A program made the position numbers and the translations under genes. Shown piece by piece: positions 21,611 through 31,782 of a DNA stretch of 64,000 nucleotides. The stretch comes from Terriglobia bacterium. Lineage in GTDB: Bacteria > Acidobacteriota > Terriglobia > Acidiferrales > UBA7541. The stretch covers positions 2,784,001-2,848,000 of the forward strand of contig OY968796.1 in assembly GCA_963695545.1 (NCBI GenBank), given 5' to 3'. Numbering within the stretch: position 1 is the first letter of the stretch; every line of letters starts with the position of its first letter. The notes below the pieces were generated by a model. It worked only from the letters and a program-made list of their open reading frames with translations, ran no database searches and was not told where the DNA came from.

Positions 21611-21967
21611 CTATTTCGTGCCGCGCAGATAGCCGTCGTTTTTCGAGATCCAATCCTCGCGTCGCGGCGCGAAGATCTCCAGCGTTTCCGTCTCTTCCAG
21701 CGCCACGGCGCCGTGCGCAACGTTGCCCGGAATCAGCATCATCTCGCCTTTTGCGAGCGTAATCTCCCGGTCATCCATGATCATCAGCAGCGTGCCTTCC
21801 GTGACGATCGTGATTTGTTCGTTTGCGTGCTGATGCCGCGGCACTTTTGTCCCCGGCTCGAAGCGCATTCGCCCCAGCGAGATTTTTTCGCCGTTCAGCA
21901 TTTGCCGGTTCAGTCCGGCGGTCATCGGTTCGCTTTCGATCATTTCCCACGAAGTTTTTGTCGCCAA
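21611..21967 (-). CDS. Cupin-domain protein
   Basis: PRHQHANEQ, IPGNVAH, IFAPRRED; TTG 21967 follows an AGAGGA SD. Confidence 0.85.
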   Translation of the reverse strand: MATKTSWEMIESEPMTAGLNRQMLNGEKISLGRMRFEPGTKVPRHQHANEQITIVTEGTLLMIMDDREITLAKGEMMLIPGNVAHGAVALEETETLEIFAPRREDWISKNDGYLRGTK

Positions 21968-22164
21968 GGTCGATTCCTCTTTTATGCCGTCTCCATGGCG
22001 CACAGGGCATGCGCTCTTCGGCATTGTGATCGTCCAATGAAAATCGCCGCGCGTCAACTCCTGCCGTTTACCGTCGCCGAGAGAAAGTCTCAGCAGGTGA
22101 AACCCCTCCTCCGAAATCGCCGAAACTCTTCGGCAAGGGAAACTTTCGCGGTAAAGTTGCCTCG

Positions 22165-22755
22165 ATGTTTTTTCTACGCCTCCTGGCCGGTCTGGTGCTC
22201 TTCGCCGAACTCCCGGTTCCGATCTACTGGCTCATTCTTCACCCCGGTCATCGTTTCTGGCGCACGCGCATTCGCACAGCCTTCTGGACCGCCGGCCTGA
22301 CCGCGTGGACACTCGGCGGCGTGCTCCTCTTTTATTTTCGCGCGCAGCTTCTGGCCGTCGCGCGCCCGCCCGCATGGATGATCGTCGCCGGCCTCGTGTT
22401 GATCGCGGTCGAGCCGATCATGTTGCGGCGCGTCGGGCGGGAACTGGGCCACATGCGTCTGGTCGGTCATGCCGAGCTGACCGGCGGCGGTGCGCTTGAA
22501 ACCTCTGGCCTTTACGCGCGCATGCGCCATCCGCGCTACAGTGCGATGTTCTGCGCCGTGCTCGGCGCGTGCCTCATCGCCGGCACCCCGCGACTCTGGA
22601 TCGTCGCCGCCGTGTGGTGGATTGTCGAACGCTTCACGATCGCGCTCGAGGAGCGCGAACTCCTCGCGCGTTTCGGTGAACCCTACGCCGCCTATCGCCG
22701 CCGCGTCCCTGGGTTTCTGCCGTTCCGCCTCTGGCCGCGTCCTCGCGAGCAATGA
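22165..22755 (+). CDS. Isoprenylcysteine carboxyl methyltransferase / PEMT-family membrane protein
   Basis: SGLYARMRHPRY, EERELLARFGEPY..Y.RRVP; several TM helices. Confidence 0.85.
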   Translation: MFFLRLLAGLVLFAELPVPIYWLILHPGHRFWRTRIRTAFWTAGLTAWTLGGVLLFYFRAQLLAVARPPAWMIVAGLVLIAVEPIMLRRVGRELGHMRLVGHAELTGGGALETSGLYARMRHPRYSAMFCAVLGACLIAGTPRLWIVAAVWWIVERFTIALEERELLARFGEPYAAYRRRVPGFLPFRLWPRPREQ

Positions 22756-22862
22756 TCCGCTCCGGCGCTTGACCTGCCCGGCGATCTTGATATGCTTCCG
22801 GGCGTCGCAGCCTAATGGTGGCGCCTGGCGGCTTCCTGAGGCGGCGACGCAGGAGGAAAACG

Positions 22863-24044
22863 ATGCGGCGTCTCTTCAGTCTCTCGGTCGTTTCCCCACT
22901 ACTTCTCGCGTTCCTCGTCGCCGCGCCGCGTACAGCGCGCGCGCAAATCACGCAACATGTCGGCATCCCCGCCGGCAGTGACCAAGACAAAGCGATCGCT
23001 GCTATCAACGCCGCGACCGATCCGACGCAAAAACTCGCGCTCATCGATAAATTCGGATCCGATAATCCTACCGGCGATTTGGCGCGCTTGGCCGACGAAC
23101 TCTACGTCGATTATTACGTCGCGCAGAAAGATAGCGCGAAGGTCTACGAATATGGCGAGAAAGCTCTGGCGCTCGATCCCGACGATTTCGACATCGCCGT
23201 CACGCTGGTTCGCACGGCGAACGACGCCGGGGATACCGATCGTATGTCCGGTTATGCGGAAAAGGCCGGCGCGATCGTCCAGCGCTACTTGCAACAGCCC
23301 GCTCCCACCGGCACCGACGCCGACACCTGGGGCAAGATGCGCAAGCAGGCCGTCGCCGGCGACCAGGACACTATCAACTACGTCGAGTACACTTTTTTCA
23401 GCGCGGCGTTCAAGGTCACCGACCCAAACGCGAAAGCCGCGCTGATGCTGCGTTACGCCGCCGCGTTTCCCGATTCACAATACACCGCGAAAGCCGAATT
23501 CCTAGCGCCGTTGTCCTATCAGCAGGCCAAAAATTATCCGAAGATGATTGAGGCCGCTAACGCCGCGCTGGTCCTCGAGCCCAACAACGTCGACGTCTTA
23601 CTGCTCCTCGCCGATTATTACAGCGAAAACGGAGTGCATCTCGATCTCGCCCAGGCCGACGCGAAAACGGCGCTCGCCGCGCTCGGCACGGCGAAAAAGC
23701 CGGACGATGTGACCGACGCCGATTGGCAGAAGCAGGTCGCGCTGCAGACGGGTCTCGCGTGGACGGCGATCGGCCAGGTGTACATCACGCAGAAAAACGA
23801 AGCCCAGGCGCTCACCGCGTTTCAAACTGCCGCGCCGCTGCTCAAAGGCAATCCAACCGTCTACGCGCGCAACGAGTACCGATTGGGATTCGCGCTGCTC
23901 AATCTAAAGCGCAATGCCGACGCCTATCAGGCGTTCACCGCGGCCGCATCCGTCGATAGCCCGTATCGCGCGCCGGCGCAGGAAAAAATCGCCGAGTTGC
24001 AGCACGCCGGCGTCGGCGCGCACACCACGCAGAAATCGCAGTAG
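22863..24044 (+). CDS. Secreted TPR-repeat protein
   Basis: Signal peptide, helical repeats (KALALDPDD, ALVLEPNN); AGGAGG SD. Confidence 0.8.
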   Translation: MRRLFSLSVVSPLLLAFLVAAPRTARAQITQHVGIPAGSDQDKAIAAINAATDPTQKLALIDKFGSDNPTGDLARLADELYVDYYVAQKDSAKVYEYGEKALALDPDDFDIAVTLVRTANDAGDTDRMSGYAEKAGAIVQRYLQQPAPTGTDADTWGKMRKQAVAGDQDTINYVEYTFFSAAFKVTDPNAKAALMLRYAAAFPDSQYTAKAEFLAPLSYQQAKNYPKMIEAANAALVLEPNNVDVLLLLADYYSENGVHLDLAQADAKTALAALGTAKKPDDVTDADWQKQVALQTGLAWTAIGQVYITQKNEAQALTAFQTAAPLLKGNPTVYARNEYRLGFALLNLKRNADAYQAFTAAASVDSPYRAPAQEKIAELQHAGVGAHTTQKSQ

Positions 24045-24071
24045 CCTCGATCAGAATTGGGATTGACGCAC

Positions 24072-24530
24072 ATGACTACGCCCGCGAGCGACGCCGACTT
24101 CATGCGCCTGGCACTTGAAGAGGCGCGCGCCGCGGCCGCGGCCGGAGAAGTTCCCGTCGGCGCGGTGCTCGCGATCGAAGGGCGGGTCGTGGCGCGCGCC
24201 GCCAATCGCACTATCGCCGATTGCGATCCCACCGCGCACGCCGAAATCCTTGCCCTGCGCGCCGCCGCGCGCGCGATCGGCAATCATCGCCTCCTCGGCT
24301 CTGCGCTCTACGTCACAATCGAACCGTGCGCCATGTGCGCCGGGGCAATGGTGCAAGCCCGCATCGCGCGCTTGATCTACGGAGCCGACGATCCTAAGGG
24401 CGGCGCGGTGCGCTCCAGTTTTCAAATCCTCGATCATCCCGCGCTCAACCATCGCATCGAAGTCGTCTCCGGCGTGCTCGCAGCCGAATGCGCCGCCGAG
24501 TTGCAGGCGTTTTTCGCCGCGCGCCGCTAA
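24072..24530 (+). CDS. tadA: tRNA adenosine(34) deaminase
   Basis: GEVPVGAV, DPTAHAE, VTIEPCAMCAGAM, DPKGGA. Confidence 0.93.
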   Translation: MTTPASDADFMRLALEEARAAAAAGEVPVGAVLAIEGRVVARAANRTIADCDPTAHAEILALRAAARAIGNHRLLGSALYVTIEPCAMCAGAMVQARIARLIYGADDPKGGAVRSSFQILDHPALNHRIEVVSGVLAAECAAELQAFFAARR

Positions 24531-24609
24531 CGCCCGCCAATTTCCGATCGCCGCGATTTGCGAGCGCACACGCTTGTTCGCCGCCCGCGCACGCGATCTT
24601 GTTGCCGCA

Positions 24610-24638
24610 TTGCCGCGTTTTGCCGTGTCGGCTAGAAT
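24610..24638 (+). promoter_or_regulatory. sigma70 promoter of tRNA-Ser
   Basis: TTGCCG-17 bp-TAGAAT ending 8 nt before the tRNA. Confidence 0.6.
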
Positions 24639-24645
24639 AAAAAGC

Positions 24646-24734
24646 GGAGAGGTGTCTGAGCGGTTGAAAGAGCTCGCCTCGAAAGCGAGTAGCCTCAAAA
24701 GGGCTCGTGGGTTCAAATCCCACCCTCTCCGCCA
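24646..24734 (+). tRNA. tRNA-Ser(CGA)
   Basis: GGAGAGG/CCTCTCC acceptor stem, anticodon arm CTCGC-CTCGAAA-GCGAG, long variable arm, GGTTCAAATCC T-loop, encoded CCA. Confidence 0.96.
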
Positions 24735-24907
24735 CTTTCGCAAGAATCCCCGTTTCGCGCTTACCGGCCGATGCTAGAAGCCCGCACCGTTTTTCTGGCG
24801 TCAGCCGAAGGCAAACCAGCGTGCTCGTCCCGTTGGAGACTTGGACATGCTCCCGCAAACGTCGGGCAGCGCATATGCGCGCAAAGTTACAATGTACGAA
24901 TTCGCTC

Positions 24908-26110
24908 ATGGCCGCCAAGCCCACAACCTACGTAGTGATTCTCGCGCTCCTATGCGCTGGAGCCGCGATCAGACTCGGCATGGTCTACTGGCAGAGCGCT
25001 CACGCGAATCAGGAAGCGGATGAAGCTGATCTGGCGAGATCGCAGCGCGTACCAGATTGGGCGGCACAATTTCTGGCGATCGATGCGGCCCCGGCGCGCA
25101 TGAGCGATCAGCACCCATGTGTTTACGAATCGATGGAGCAGGCAAAGCCAGCGCCGCAAAGAGGGCAGTGCGGAACCGCGACGTCGTTGTTCACACAGCC
25201 CGTCGATCAATTTGAGGTCGATCTGCGCTACGGCAATTTCGTGCTGCGTCAGACCGATCTTTTCTTGAGCGATGGCCTCGCGGTCCCTTTTACACGGGCC
25301 TACACCTCGCAGGACTGGTTCTATCCAAATCACGTCCACGCCTTCGGCAAAAACACGAACCAGACTTACGACATAGCCCCAATCGGCACAAGGAATCCGT
25401 ACACTTGGATGGCGATCGCGCTCGAAGACGGCGACTTTCTTTACTTCGATCGCATCTCCACCGGCACCAGCTATTCCGACGCTCTGTATCGGCACACGGA
25501 AACCGGTGGGCGTTTCTACAAAGCGATCATCTACTGGAATGGCGGCAGCTGGACCGCGAGATTGGATGACGGTTCCCTGATCGCCTTTCCCGAATCCTCG
25601 CAAGCGCAGAAAATTGCGGACGGCGCTCCCACTTGGGTCGAGGACTCCATGGGAAATAAATTGCGCCTTGCGCGCGACGCAGAACACAAACTACAGGAAA
25701 TCCGCACTCCCCGCGGCCACATAATCCGTCTCACCTATAACGACGAGGGCCTGATCTCGCGCGCGGACGACGATCAGAACAATTGGGCGACCTACCTCTA
25801 CAACCTCGACGGGATGCTGATGACGGTGACATTTTCTTCGGGTAAGAAACGCCAATATGAATACGACGGCACTCAAATGACGGTGGTTCGCGACGAGAAC
25901 AACAACGTCCTGGTACGCAATACCTACGATCCGGGCGGACGCGTTGTCACGCAGCAATTCGCCGATGGCGAGGTCTATCACTACTCCTACCGCGCGGTAC
26001 CTGGCGCCACATACGCAGAATCCGCGATCGTGCGACTCGCGGACGGCACCGAGCAAACCGTCGAAACTGCGGACACGGTGCCCGAGTTCGTGAAAAGCGC
26101 GCCACAATAG
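24908..26110 (+). CDS. Membrane-anchored YD/RHS-repeat protein without a C-terminal toxin
   Basis: N-terminal TM; VDLRYGNF..TDL..PFTRAY (DUF6531-like) then YD repeats (YNDEG, YEYDG, TYDPGGRVVTQ). Confidence 0.75.
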   Translation: MAAKPTTYVVILALLCAGAAIRLGMVYWQSAHANQEADEADLARSQRVPDWAAQFLAIDAAPARMSDQHPCVYESMEQAKPAPQRGQCGTATSLFTQPVDQFEVDLRYGNFVLRQTDLFLSDGLAVPFTRAYTSQDWFYPNHVHAFGKNTNQTYDIAPIGTRNPYTWMAIALEDGDFLYFDRISTGTSYSDALYRHTETGGRFYKAIIYWNGGSWTARLDDGSLIAFPESSQAQKIADGAPTWVEDSMGNKLRLARDAEHKLQEIRTPRGHIIRLTYNDEGLISRADDDQNNWATYLYNLDGMLMTVTFSSGKKRQYEYDGTQMTVVRDENNNVLVRNTYDPGGRVVTQQFADGEVYHYSYRAVPGATYAESAIVRLADGTEQTVETADTVPEFVKSAPQ

Positions 26111-26180
26111 CGCCCCCGCGCAGCCAAATGGTATTTGAATCGACAACGCAGGGCCATCCCGCGCGCATTCGAGTATCGAG

Positions 26181-28514
26181 ATGCCGCATAATCGCAGAAT
26201 GTTTGTGACGCGCGCCCGACCCGCGCCAAGCGCGATACTCCGACCGATTCGCTTCGGGGCGCTCTGCGTCCTCGCGGCAAGCCTGCTTCTCGGCTGTTCG
26301 CGCGATCCCAACGTCCGAAAGCAAAAGTACTTCAAGCGCGGCGTGCAGTACCTCGAAGTCAGAAAAGTTCAAGAAGCCGCCATCGAGTTTGAAGACGCGA
26401 TTCAGATCGACCCGAAATTCGGCGACGCGCACTACCAACTCGCGCAATGTTTCTTGCGAGAATCGAACTTCATCGGCGCGTATCAGGAACTTCTCTACAC
26501 CGTCGACCTCGAACCCAAAAATGCAGACGCGTTGACTGACCTCGCAAAAATTCTCCTCGCCGGCGGGAAAATGCAGGACGCCCATGACCGCGCCGCCGCG
26601 GCTCTCGCTCTCAAGCCACAGGACTTCGACGCCCAGCTCCTGCTCGCCGATGCCGATGCCAGTCTCGGAAACATCGATCTGGCGGCGCGGGAAGTGCACG
26701 GCGCAATTCAAATAGACCCCGCGCGCCCGGAAGCATACGTGGTCCTCGCCGCCCTTGACGCCAAGCAGCAAAAATTGGGCGACGCCGAAGCCAGCCTGCA
26801 GAAGGCGATTTCCGTCAATCCCAAGTTTGTGCCGGCGCGCCTGGTGCTCGCGGAATTTTACGTGCAGCAGAAGCGCCTTCCGGAAGCCGAGCAGCAACTC
26901 CTCTCGGCCGTGGCCGCGGCCCCGGACAATCCCGCCGCTCCCGCCGCGCTCGCTCGATTCTATCTGGCGCAGGGTCGCAAGGACGATGCCGAGCGTGTTC
27001 TGGCGAACGCCAAGAGCGCGATGACCGACGATCCCCGCGGCTATCGCCTGCTTGGCGACTTCTACATCGGCGTCGGTGATTCGGCCAGGGCGCTCGCGGA
27101 ATTCGCATCACTCTACAAGGCGCATCCTGAAGACCTCGGCGTGAAGAGAACCTACATCGAGCTTCTGCTCCAGGCGGGGCATGCGGACCAAGCCGAAAAG
27201 CTAAACGACGAGATTCTCAAGGACACGCCCAAAGATGTCGACGCGGGAATTACGCGCGGGGAAATCCTCAGCCGCACTGGTCATCCCGACCAGGCCGTCA
27301 GCGCCTTGCAAGACGTCGTAAAAAATAATCCTGAGAACGCCGTCGCCCATTTCAATCTCGGCCTCGCCTATAACGACAACGGCGCTCCGGAACGCGCCGA
27401 GAGCGAATGGCAGGCCGCCGTCAAATTGGCGCCCTCCATGGTGGAGGCGCAGCGCGCGCTGGCTAGCATGGCCATCGAACATCGCGATTGGGGCGCCCTG
27501 GCCGCCATTGCCAATCAATTGATCCAGACGCAGCCGCGCTCGCCGCTCGGCTACAACTATCTTGGAATCGAGCGCGTTGCGAACGGCGATCAGGTTGTCG
27601 CGGAGATGAATTTCGCGAAGGCCATCGAGGTGGCTCCGGGCGACTCCACCGCCTACATCGAGATGGCGAAATTGCGCATGCTCCAAAAACGCCCCGCGGA
27701 CGCGCAAAAGCTGTTTCAACAGGTTCTCGATCACGATCCCAATTCGTTCGAGGCGCTGAGCGGCATCGCGCTCGTCGACATGCAGCAGAAACAGCCCGCG
27801 CAGGCTTTGTCCGCGGTCCGCGCGCAGATCGTCATATCGCCGAATAACGGTGGGTTCTACTTCCTGCTAGGGCAGTTGCTTCTGGCCACCAAAGATGAGT
27901 CCGGCGCGGAGGCGGCGTTGCAAAAAGCCGCCGACCTCAATCCCAGCAACGACGATGCGATTCTCTTGCTCGCTACGCTCGAAGTGCAGCGCGGCGCGCT
28001 GGATCAGGCCGCCGGTCTGTACACCCGAGCCATGCAGAGGAATCCGCGCGATATTCGTCTGTACGTCGGCCTCGCCGAACTCGAGGATAGCCGCGGAAAC
28101 TGGCAGCAGGCGGAAAAGCTCTATCAACAGGCATTGCTGATCAAGCCCGATGACCCCAACGTATCGAACAATTTGGCCTACGAAATGATCCAACACGGCG
28201 GCGATAAAGACGAAGCCATGACCTTGGCGCAAACCGCCCGCCGCGGCCTCCCGAACGTCGCGAACACCGCGGACACGCTCGGCGAAGCCTACTACTACCA
28301 GGGTTGGTTCCCCTCGGCTGTCGGCATCCTGCAAACTGCCGTCCAAGCTGCGCCCACCGATCCCACTTATCACTACCACCTGGGCCTCGCATACCAAAAA
28401 ACAGGCGATTCCGCCCACGCCAAACAGGAATTCGTTCGCGCCCTGGATCTACACCCCTCCGCCGATCAAGCCGGCGAAATCCGCAAAGCCCTAAGCGCTA
28501 ATTCCGGAAGTTGA
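26181..28514 (+). CDS. Long TPR lipoprotein (PrsT-like)
   Basis: Lipobox LLLGC, many TPRs, C-terminal NNLAY..DTLG..YHYHLGLAY; start approximate. Confidence 0.85.
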   Translation: MPHNRRMFVTRARPAPSAILRPIRFGALCVLAASLLLGCSRDPNVRKQKYFKRGVQYLEVRKVQEAAIEFEDAIQIDPKFGDAHYQLAQCFLRESNFIGAYQELLYTVDLEPKNADALTDLAKILLAGGKMQDAHDRAAAALALKPQDFDAQLLLADADASLGNIDLAAREVHGAIQIDPARPEAYVVLAALDAKQQKLGDAEASLQKAISVNPKFVPARLVLAEFYVQQKRLPEAEQQLLSAVAAAPDNPAAPAALARFYLAQGRKDDAERVLANAKSAMTDDPRGYRLLGDFYIGVGDSARALAEFASLYKAHPEDLGVKRTYIELLLQAGHADQAEKLNDEILKDTPKDVDAGITRGEILSRTGHPDQAVSALQDVVKNNPENAVAHFNLGLAYNDNGAPERAESEWQAAVKLAPSMVEAQRALASMAIEHRDWGALAAIANQLIQTQPRSPLGYNYLGIERVANGDQVVAEMNFAKAIEVAPGDSTAYIEMAKLRMLQKRPADAQKLFQQVLDHDPNSFEALSGIALVDMQQKQPAQALSAVRAQIVISPNNGGFYFLLGQLLLATKDESGAEAALQKAADLNPSNDDAILLLATLEVQRGALDQAAGLYTRAMQRNPRDIRLYVGLAELEDSRGNWQQAEKLYQQALLIKPDDPNVSNNLAYEMIQHGGDKDEAMTLAQTARRGLPNVANTADTLGEAYYYQGWFPSAVGILQTAVQAAPTDPTYHYHLGLAYQKTGDSAHAKQEFVRALDLHPSADQAGEIRKALSANSGS

Positions 28515-28630
28515 ACGGTCCAGGGGCCAAGTCAGGCCGGCGCGGGACGGGCGCGCGGAACGTCTTGACGGCCAATGCGGCTCCGAGGAGCACCGTGCGA
28601 GGCCACTCTTCAGGCGAACCGCGTGGCCGT

Positions 28631-29194
28631 CTAGGATTCGCGCGTCGGCGCGTTTTCTTGCGGCGAGCCAGGATCGGGGACCAGGTATTCGACCAACACG
28701 ACGTCGCGCAGGGAATCGCGATGGCGGGCGTGCGCGCGGTGGCGGCCGACTTCGCGCCAGCCGGTGGCGAGGCAAAGGCGCAGGCTATCGCGATTGTCCG
28801 CGAGCACGCGGCCGATCAACTTTCGGTAACCGAGGCGCGGCGCGTCGGCTTGCACGGCGCGCATCAATTGCCGGCCGATGCCGTAACTGCGAAACGACCG
28901 GCGCACGAAAATGAAAACTTCGCCGATGTCGTCGAGCGTGAGACGAAAATCGTATTCTTCGATGGCCGCCCAGCCCGCCACCCAATTGCGCACTTCGGCC
29001 ACGATCAGCGGATGTTTGGGATCTTGTTCGGCGTTGGCGATGCGATAGCGTTGCTCTTCGATCGAGCGCGGTTCGTAGTCGAACGTGGCCATGCCGTCGC
29101 TCACGGCGTCGTTGAAAATTTCGCGCAGCGCGGTGGCGTCGTCGGATTGTGCGGGGCGAATCCCGAGCTTCGGTCCGCCCTCAGGTGTAGCCAT
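28631..29194 (-). CDS. GNAT acetyltransferase (phosphinothricin acetyltransferase/YncA-like)
   Basis: IRPA..D..IFN..ATFD, FRSYGIGRQL, DNRDSLRL..GW..VG. Confidence 0.85.
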   Translation of the reverse strand: MATPEGGPKLGIRPAQSDDATALREIFNDAVSDGMATFDYEPRSIEEQRYRIANAEQDPKHPLIVAEVRNWVAGWAAIEEYDFRLTLDDIGEVFIFVRRSFRSYGIGRQLMRAVQADAPRLGYRKLIGRVLADNRDSLRLCLATGWREVGRHRAHARHRDSLRDVVLVEYLVPDPGSPQENAPTRES

Positions 29195-29332
29195 GTTGAG
29201 ATTCTACCATCGAAGAAATGGATTGCGGGTCGCCGCCACGCAATGAAATTGAAAAGTTTGCGGCCGCGGCCGAACGGTGCGTTTGGAGCTGTGCTTGACA
29301 ATTTCTCGGTTGGCCGACAAACTAGCGACCAA

Positions 29333-29788
29333 ATGAGCGAACTTTGGCAGCGAATGACGCTCGGGGATTTCTGGAAGGGTTTGTGGCTGACGTTTACGTC
29401 GCAGAATCCGAAGAAAATTTACACCGAGCAGTATCCGCTCGAGCGGCCCATGGTGGCCGAGCGCTATCGCGGCGCGCCGCGCCTGAATATCAATCCTGAG
29501 ACCGGCGAAACGCTCTGCATCGCCTGCAATTTGTGCGCTTTGGCGTGCCCGGAGAATTTAATTGTTGTCGGCTGGCACCGCGACGACGCAACGCGCCGCA
29601 AGGTGCTGACGCATTTCACCTACGATACCTCGCGCTGCATGTTTTGCGGCTTGTGCGAGGATGCCTGCCCCACCGATTGCCTGGAACTGACGCAAGATTT
29701 CGAGATGGCCGCCTACAGCCGCGAAGGCGCCATCTGGGATCGACATCGCCTCGAAGAAGGCCCAACTCCGGCGCGATACACCCGGTAA
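29333..29788 (+). CDS. nuoI: NADH-quinone oxidoreductase subunit I (2x[4Fe-4S]), stand-alone
   Basis: TEQYP..RYRG, CIACNLCALACP, RCMFCGLCEDACP, DFEMA; TTGACA-17-CAAACT just upstream. Confidence 0.88.
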   Translation: MSELWQRMTLGDFWKGLWLTFTSQNPKKIYTEQYPLERPMVAERYRGAPRLNINPETGETLCIACNLCALACPENLIVVGWHRDDATRRKVLTHFTYDTSRCMFCGLCEDACPTDCLELTQDFEMAAYSREGAIWDRHRLEEGPTPARYTR

Positions 29789-29798
29789 CACGCCGCGC

Positions 29799-30776
29799 AT
29801 GGAACTCCGCAAAGACCCGATCACCAATAGCTGGATTGTCGTGGGCCACAGAGAAAGCGTCAGCGCGGCCTCCGCTGAGTGCCCGTTGTGCCCAACGGCG
29901 TCGTCGCCCGCGCCGCTGCTGCAGATTCCGGGCGATGGCCCGTGGAGCGTTTGCGTGCGGCCCCACCCGGATGGGCTCTATCACGTTGAAGGCGAAGCGG
30001 GCCGCGAGGCGGAAGGCATCTACGACAAAATGAATTCCGTCGGTAAGCACGAGCTGATCGCCGAGACTCCCGCGCACGACGGCACGCTCGCTTACTTACC
30101 GGACAGCCAGATCGACGCCGTGCTCGAAGCGTATCGGCAACGCATTGTCGAACTGAAGAAAGACAAGCGATTCAAATACGTGACGGTGTTCCGCAATCGC
30201 GGTCTTTCCGCGGGCGAGGAGTTCAGCCATCCGCATTCGGAAATCACGGCGACGTCGTTCGTGCCGCGCCGCATCGTCTATGAGTTGCGCGCCGCACGGA
30301 CCTGGTACGAAGAAAAAGAGCGCTGCGTATTCTGCGACATCGTGCGCCAGGAAGAGCGCCGCGGACGGCGGTTGGTCGATACGCAGGGAGACTATTTCGC
30401 GCTGTGCCCGTACGCCTCGCGTGTGCCATTCGAGGTTTGGGTGATGAGCCGGCGGCACAATCATCTGTTCGAGCAGCCGGCGCCGAAAACGAACACACGC
30501 GACCTTTCCATGCTGCTAGGCAGAACACTGCGCCGCATTGGGCGCGTAACGGGCAGCTACCACATGGTGCTGCATACGGCCCCGAACACTTCCGATAAGC
30601 GCGGCGACATCAAGCAGTACTGGAAGACGATCGCCGAAGATTATCACTGGCACATCGAGATTTTGCCGATCCTCGAAAAGGTCAAAAAGTCCTACAGCAT
30701 CAAGGAAGTTTATTTCAATTCGTTGCTGCCGGAAGAAGCTGCCGAGCGGCTTCGGCAGATCGATCCCGCGCCCTGA
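29799..30776 (+). CDS. GalT-family (HIT-like) nucleotidyltransferase, divergent
   Basis: ELRKDPIT, CPLCP, GKHELI.E, HPHSE, CVFCD, YHWHIEILP, PEEAA. Confidence 0.8.
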   Translation: MELRKDPITNSWIVVGHRESVSAASAECPLCPTASSPAPLLQIPGDGPWSVCVRPHPDGLYHVEGEAGREAEGIYDKMNSVGKHELIAETPAHDGTLAYLPDSQIDAVLEAYRQRIVELKKDKRFKYVTVFRNRGLSAGEEFSHPHSEITATSFVPRRIVYELRAARTWYEEKERCVFCDIVRQEERRGRRLVDTQGDYFALCPYASRVPFEVWVMSRRHNHLFEQPAPKTNTRDLSMLLGRTLRRIGRVTGSYHMVLHTAPNTSDKRGDIKQYWKTIAEDYHWHIEILPILEKVKKSYSIKEVYFNSLLPEEAAERLRQIDPAP

Positions 30777-30786
30777 GCTGCTTCGC

Positions 30787-31428
30787 ATGGGTATAAGACG
30801 CAGGGAACACGGCGGAATCCTCGCAAAACTTCTCGCACTGCTGTTGCTAGTTTGCGTGGCGGGCGGGATTTACCTGCTGCGCCATCCCATCTTGCGCGAG
30901 GCCGGAGATTTCTGGGTGGTCGAAGATCCGATCGAGCACTCCGACGCGATCGTGGTGCTTGGCGACGACGATTATTCGGGAGATCGCGCGGCGCGCGCAG
31001 CCGAGTTGTATCGAGAGGGATGGGCGCCGGTCGTTGTCGCGAGCGGCCGTATGCTGCGTCCGTATGCGGGCATCGCGGAGCTTGAGGCGCACGATCTCGA
31101 GGCCGACGGGGTGCCGCAGAATTCAGTCGTGCAATTCGCACACCGCGCGGAGAACACGCGCGAGGAAGCGCTCGCGCTGCGCGGGCTGTTGGCACAACGC
31201 GGCTGGCACAATGTGGTAATCGTGACGTCGAATTACCATACGCGCCGCGCGCGGTTCATCTTTAGCCGCGTGCTGCCAGAGGACGTGACCGCGCACGTAG
31301 CTTCGGCACCAGATGCCAACTACGACCCGGGCGGCTGGTGGTACTCGAGACAAGGGATAAAACTTTTCTCTTTCGAGTGCGTGGGTTATTTGGTCGCGCG
31401 CTGGGAATTACGCGATAAGGCCTTGTAG
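30787..31428 (+). CDS. YdcF/DUF218 family protein
   Basis: DAIVVLG, RAAELY, NTREEA, IVTSNYHTRRA. Confidence 0.88.
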   Translation: MGIRRREHGGILAKLLALLLLVCVAGGIYLLRHPILREAGDFWVVEDPIEHSDAIVVLGDDDYSGDRAARAAELYREGWAPVVVASGRMLRPYAGIAELEAHDLEADGVPQNSVVQFAHRAENTREEALALRGLLAQRGWHNVVIVTSNYHTRRARFIFSRVLPEDVTAHVASAPDANYDPGGWWYSRQGIKLFSFECVGYLVARWELRDKAL

Positions 31429-31782
31429 CAGAATCATTTAGGCGCTGTTTTGGGCTTCGGACTCCCCGGGGAGCGGACCCGAGGCTTATCGTGGGGCAGC
31501 GGCCGCCTGCCAGCGGAAGTCCCCCGCAAAGCTAGAATTTGCCGTAGGAAGCGGGCGCCGACAGGCAATTCGAGTGCCGCGCAGAAGATAATGGTTATCT
31601 GGGAACTTGTGACCCATAGACCGCAACTTTTTTCAGTTTACTTCCACTCAATGTGTGTACTATATTGCGCGACATAGTTGCTCTCTCCCAGCGTTCTGCT
31701 CGGGCAGTACCCGCCGCAGCTTAGGGAGCACAGGCCCAGAAGCGCGCAATATTGAAGAAGGTAAGTTGTCGGAGGTAGTGCG

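Noticed and set aside
20705..22300. Long alternative ORFs (also 47499-49094, 53053-54675, 57307-59496, 24051-24743)
   Set aside because: Arg/Ala/Pro-rich shadow frames of well-supported genes or the tRNA, expected at this GC content.
24646..26180. Integrative island at tRNA-Ser
   Set aside because: No integrase, and I found no duplicate of the tRNA 3' end downstream.
28511..29332. Long N-terminal extension of NuoI (425-aa ORF)
   Set aside because: It is the antisense of the GNAT gene; NuoI similarity and a promoter begin near 29300-29333.
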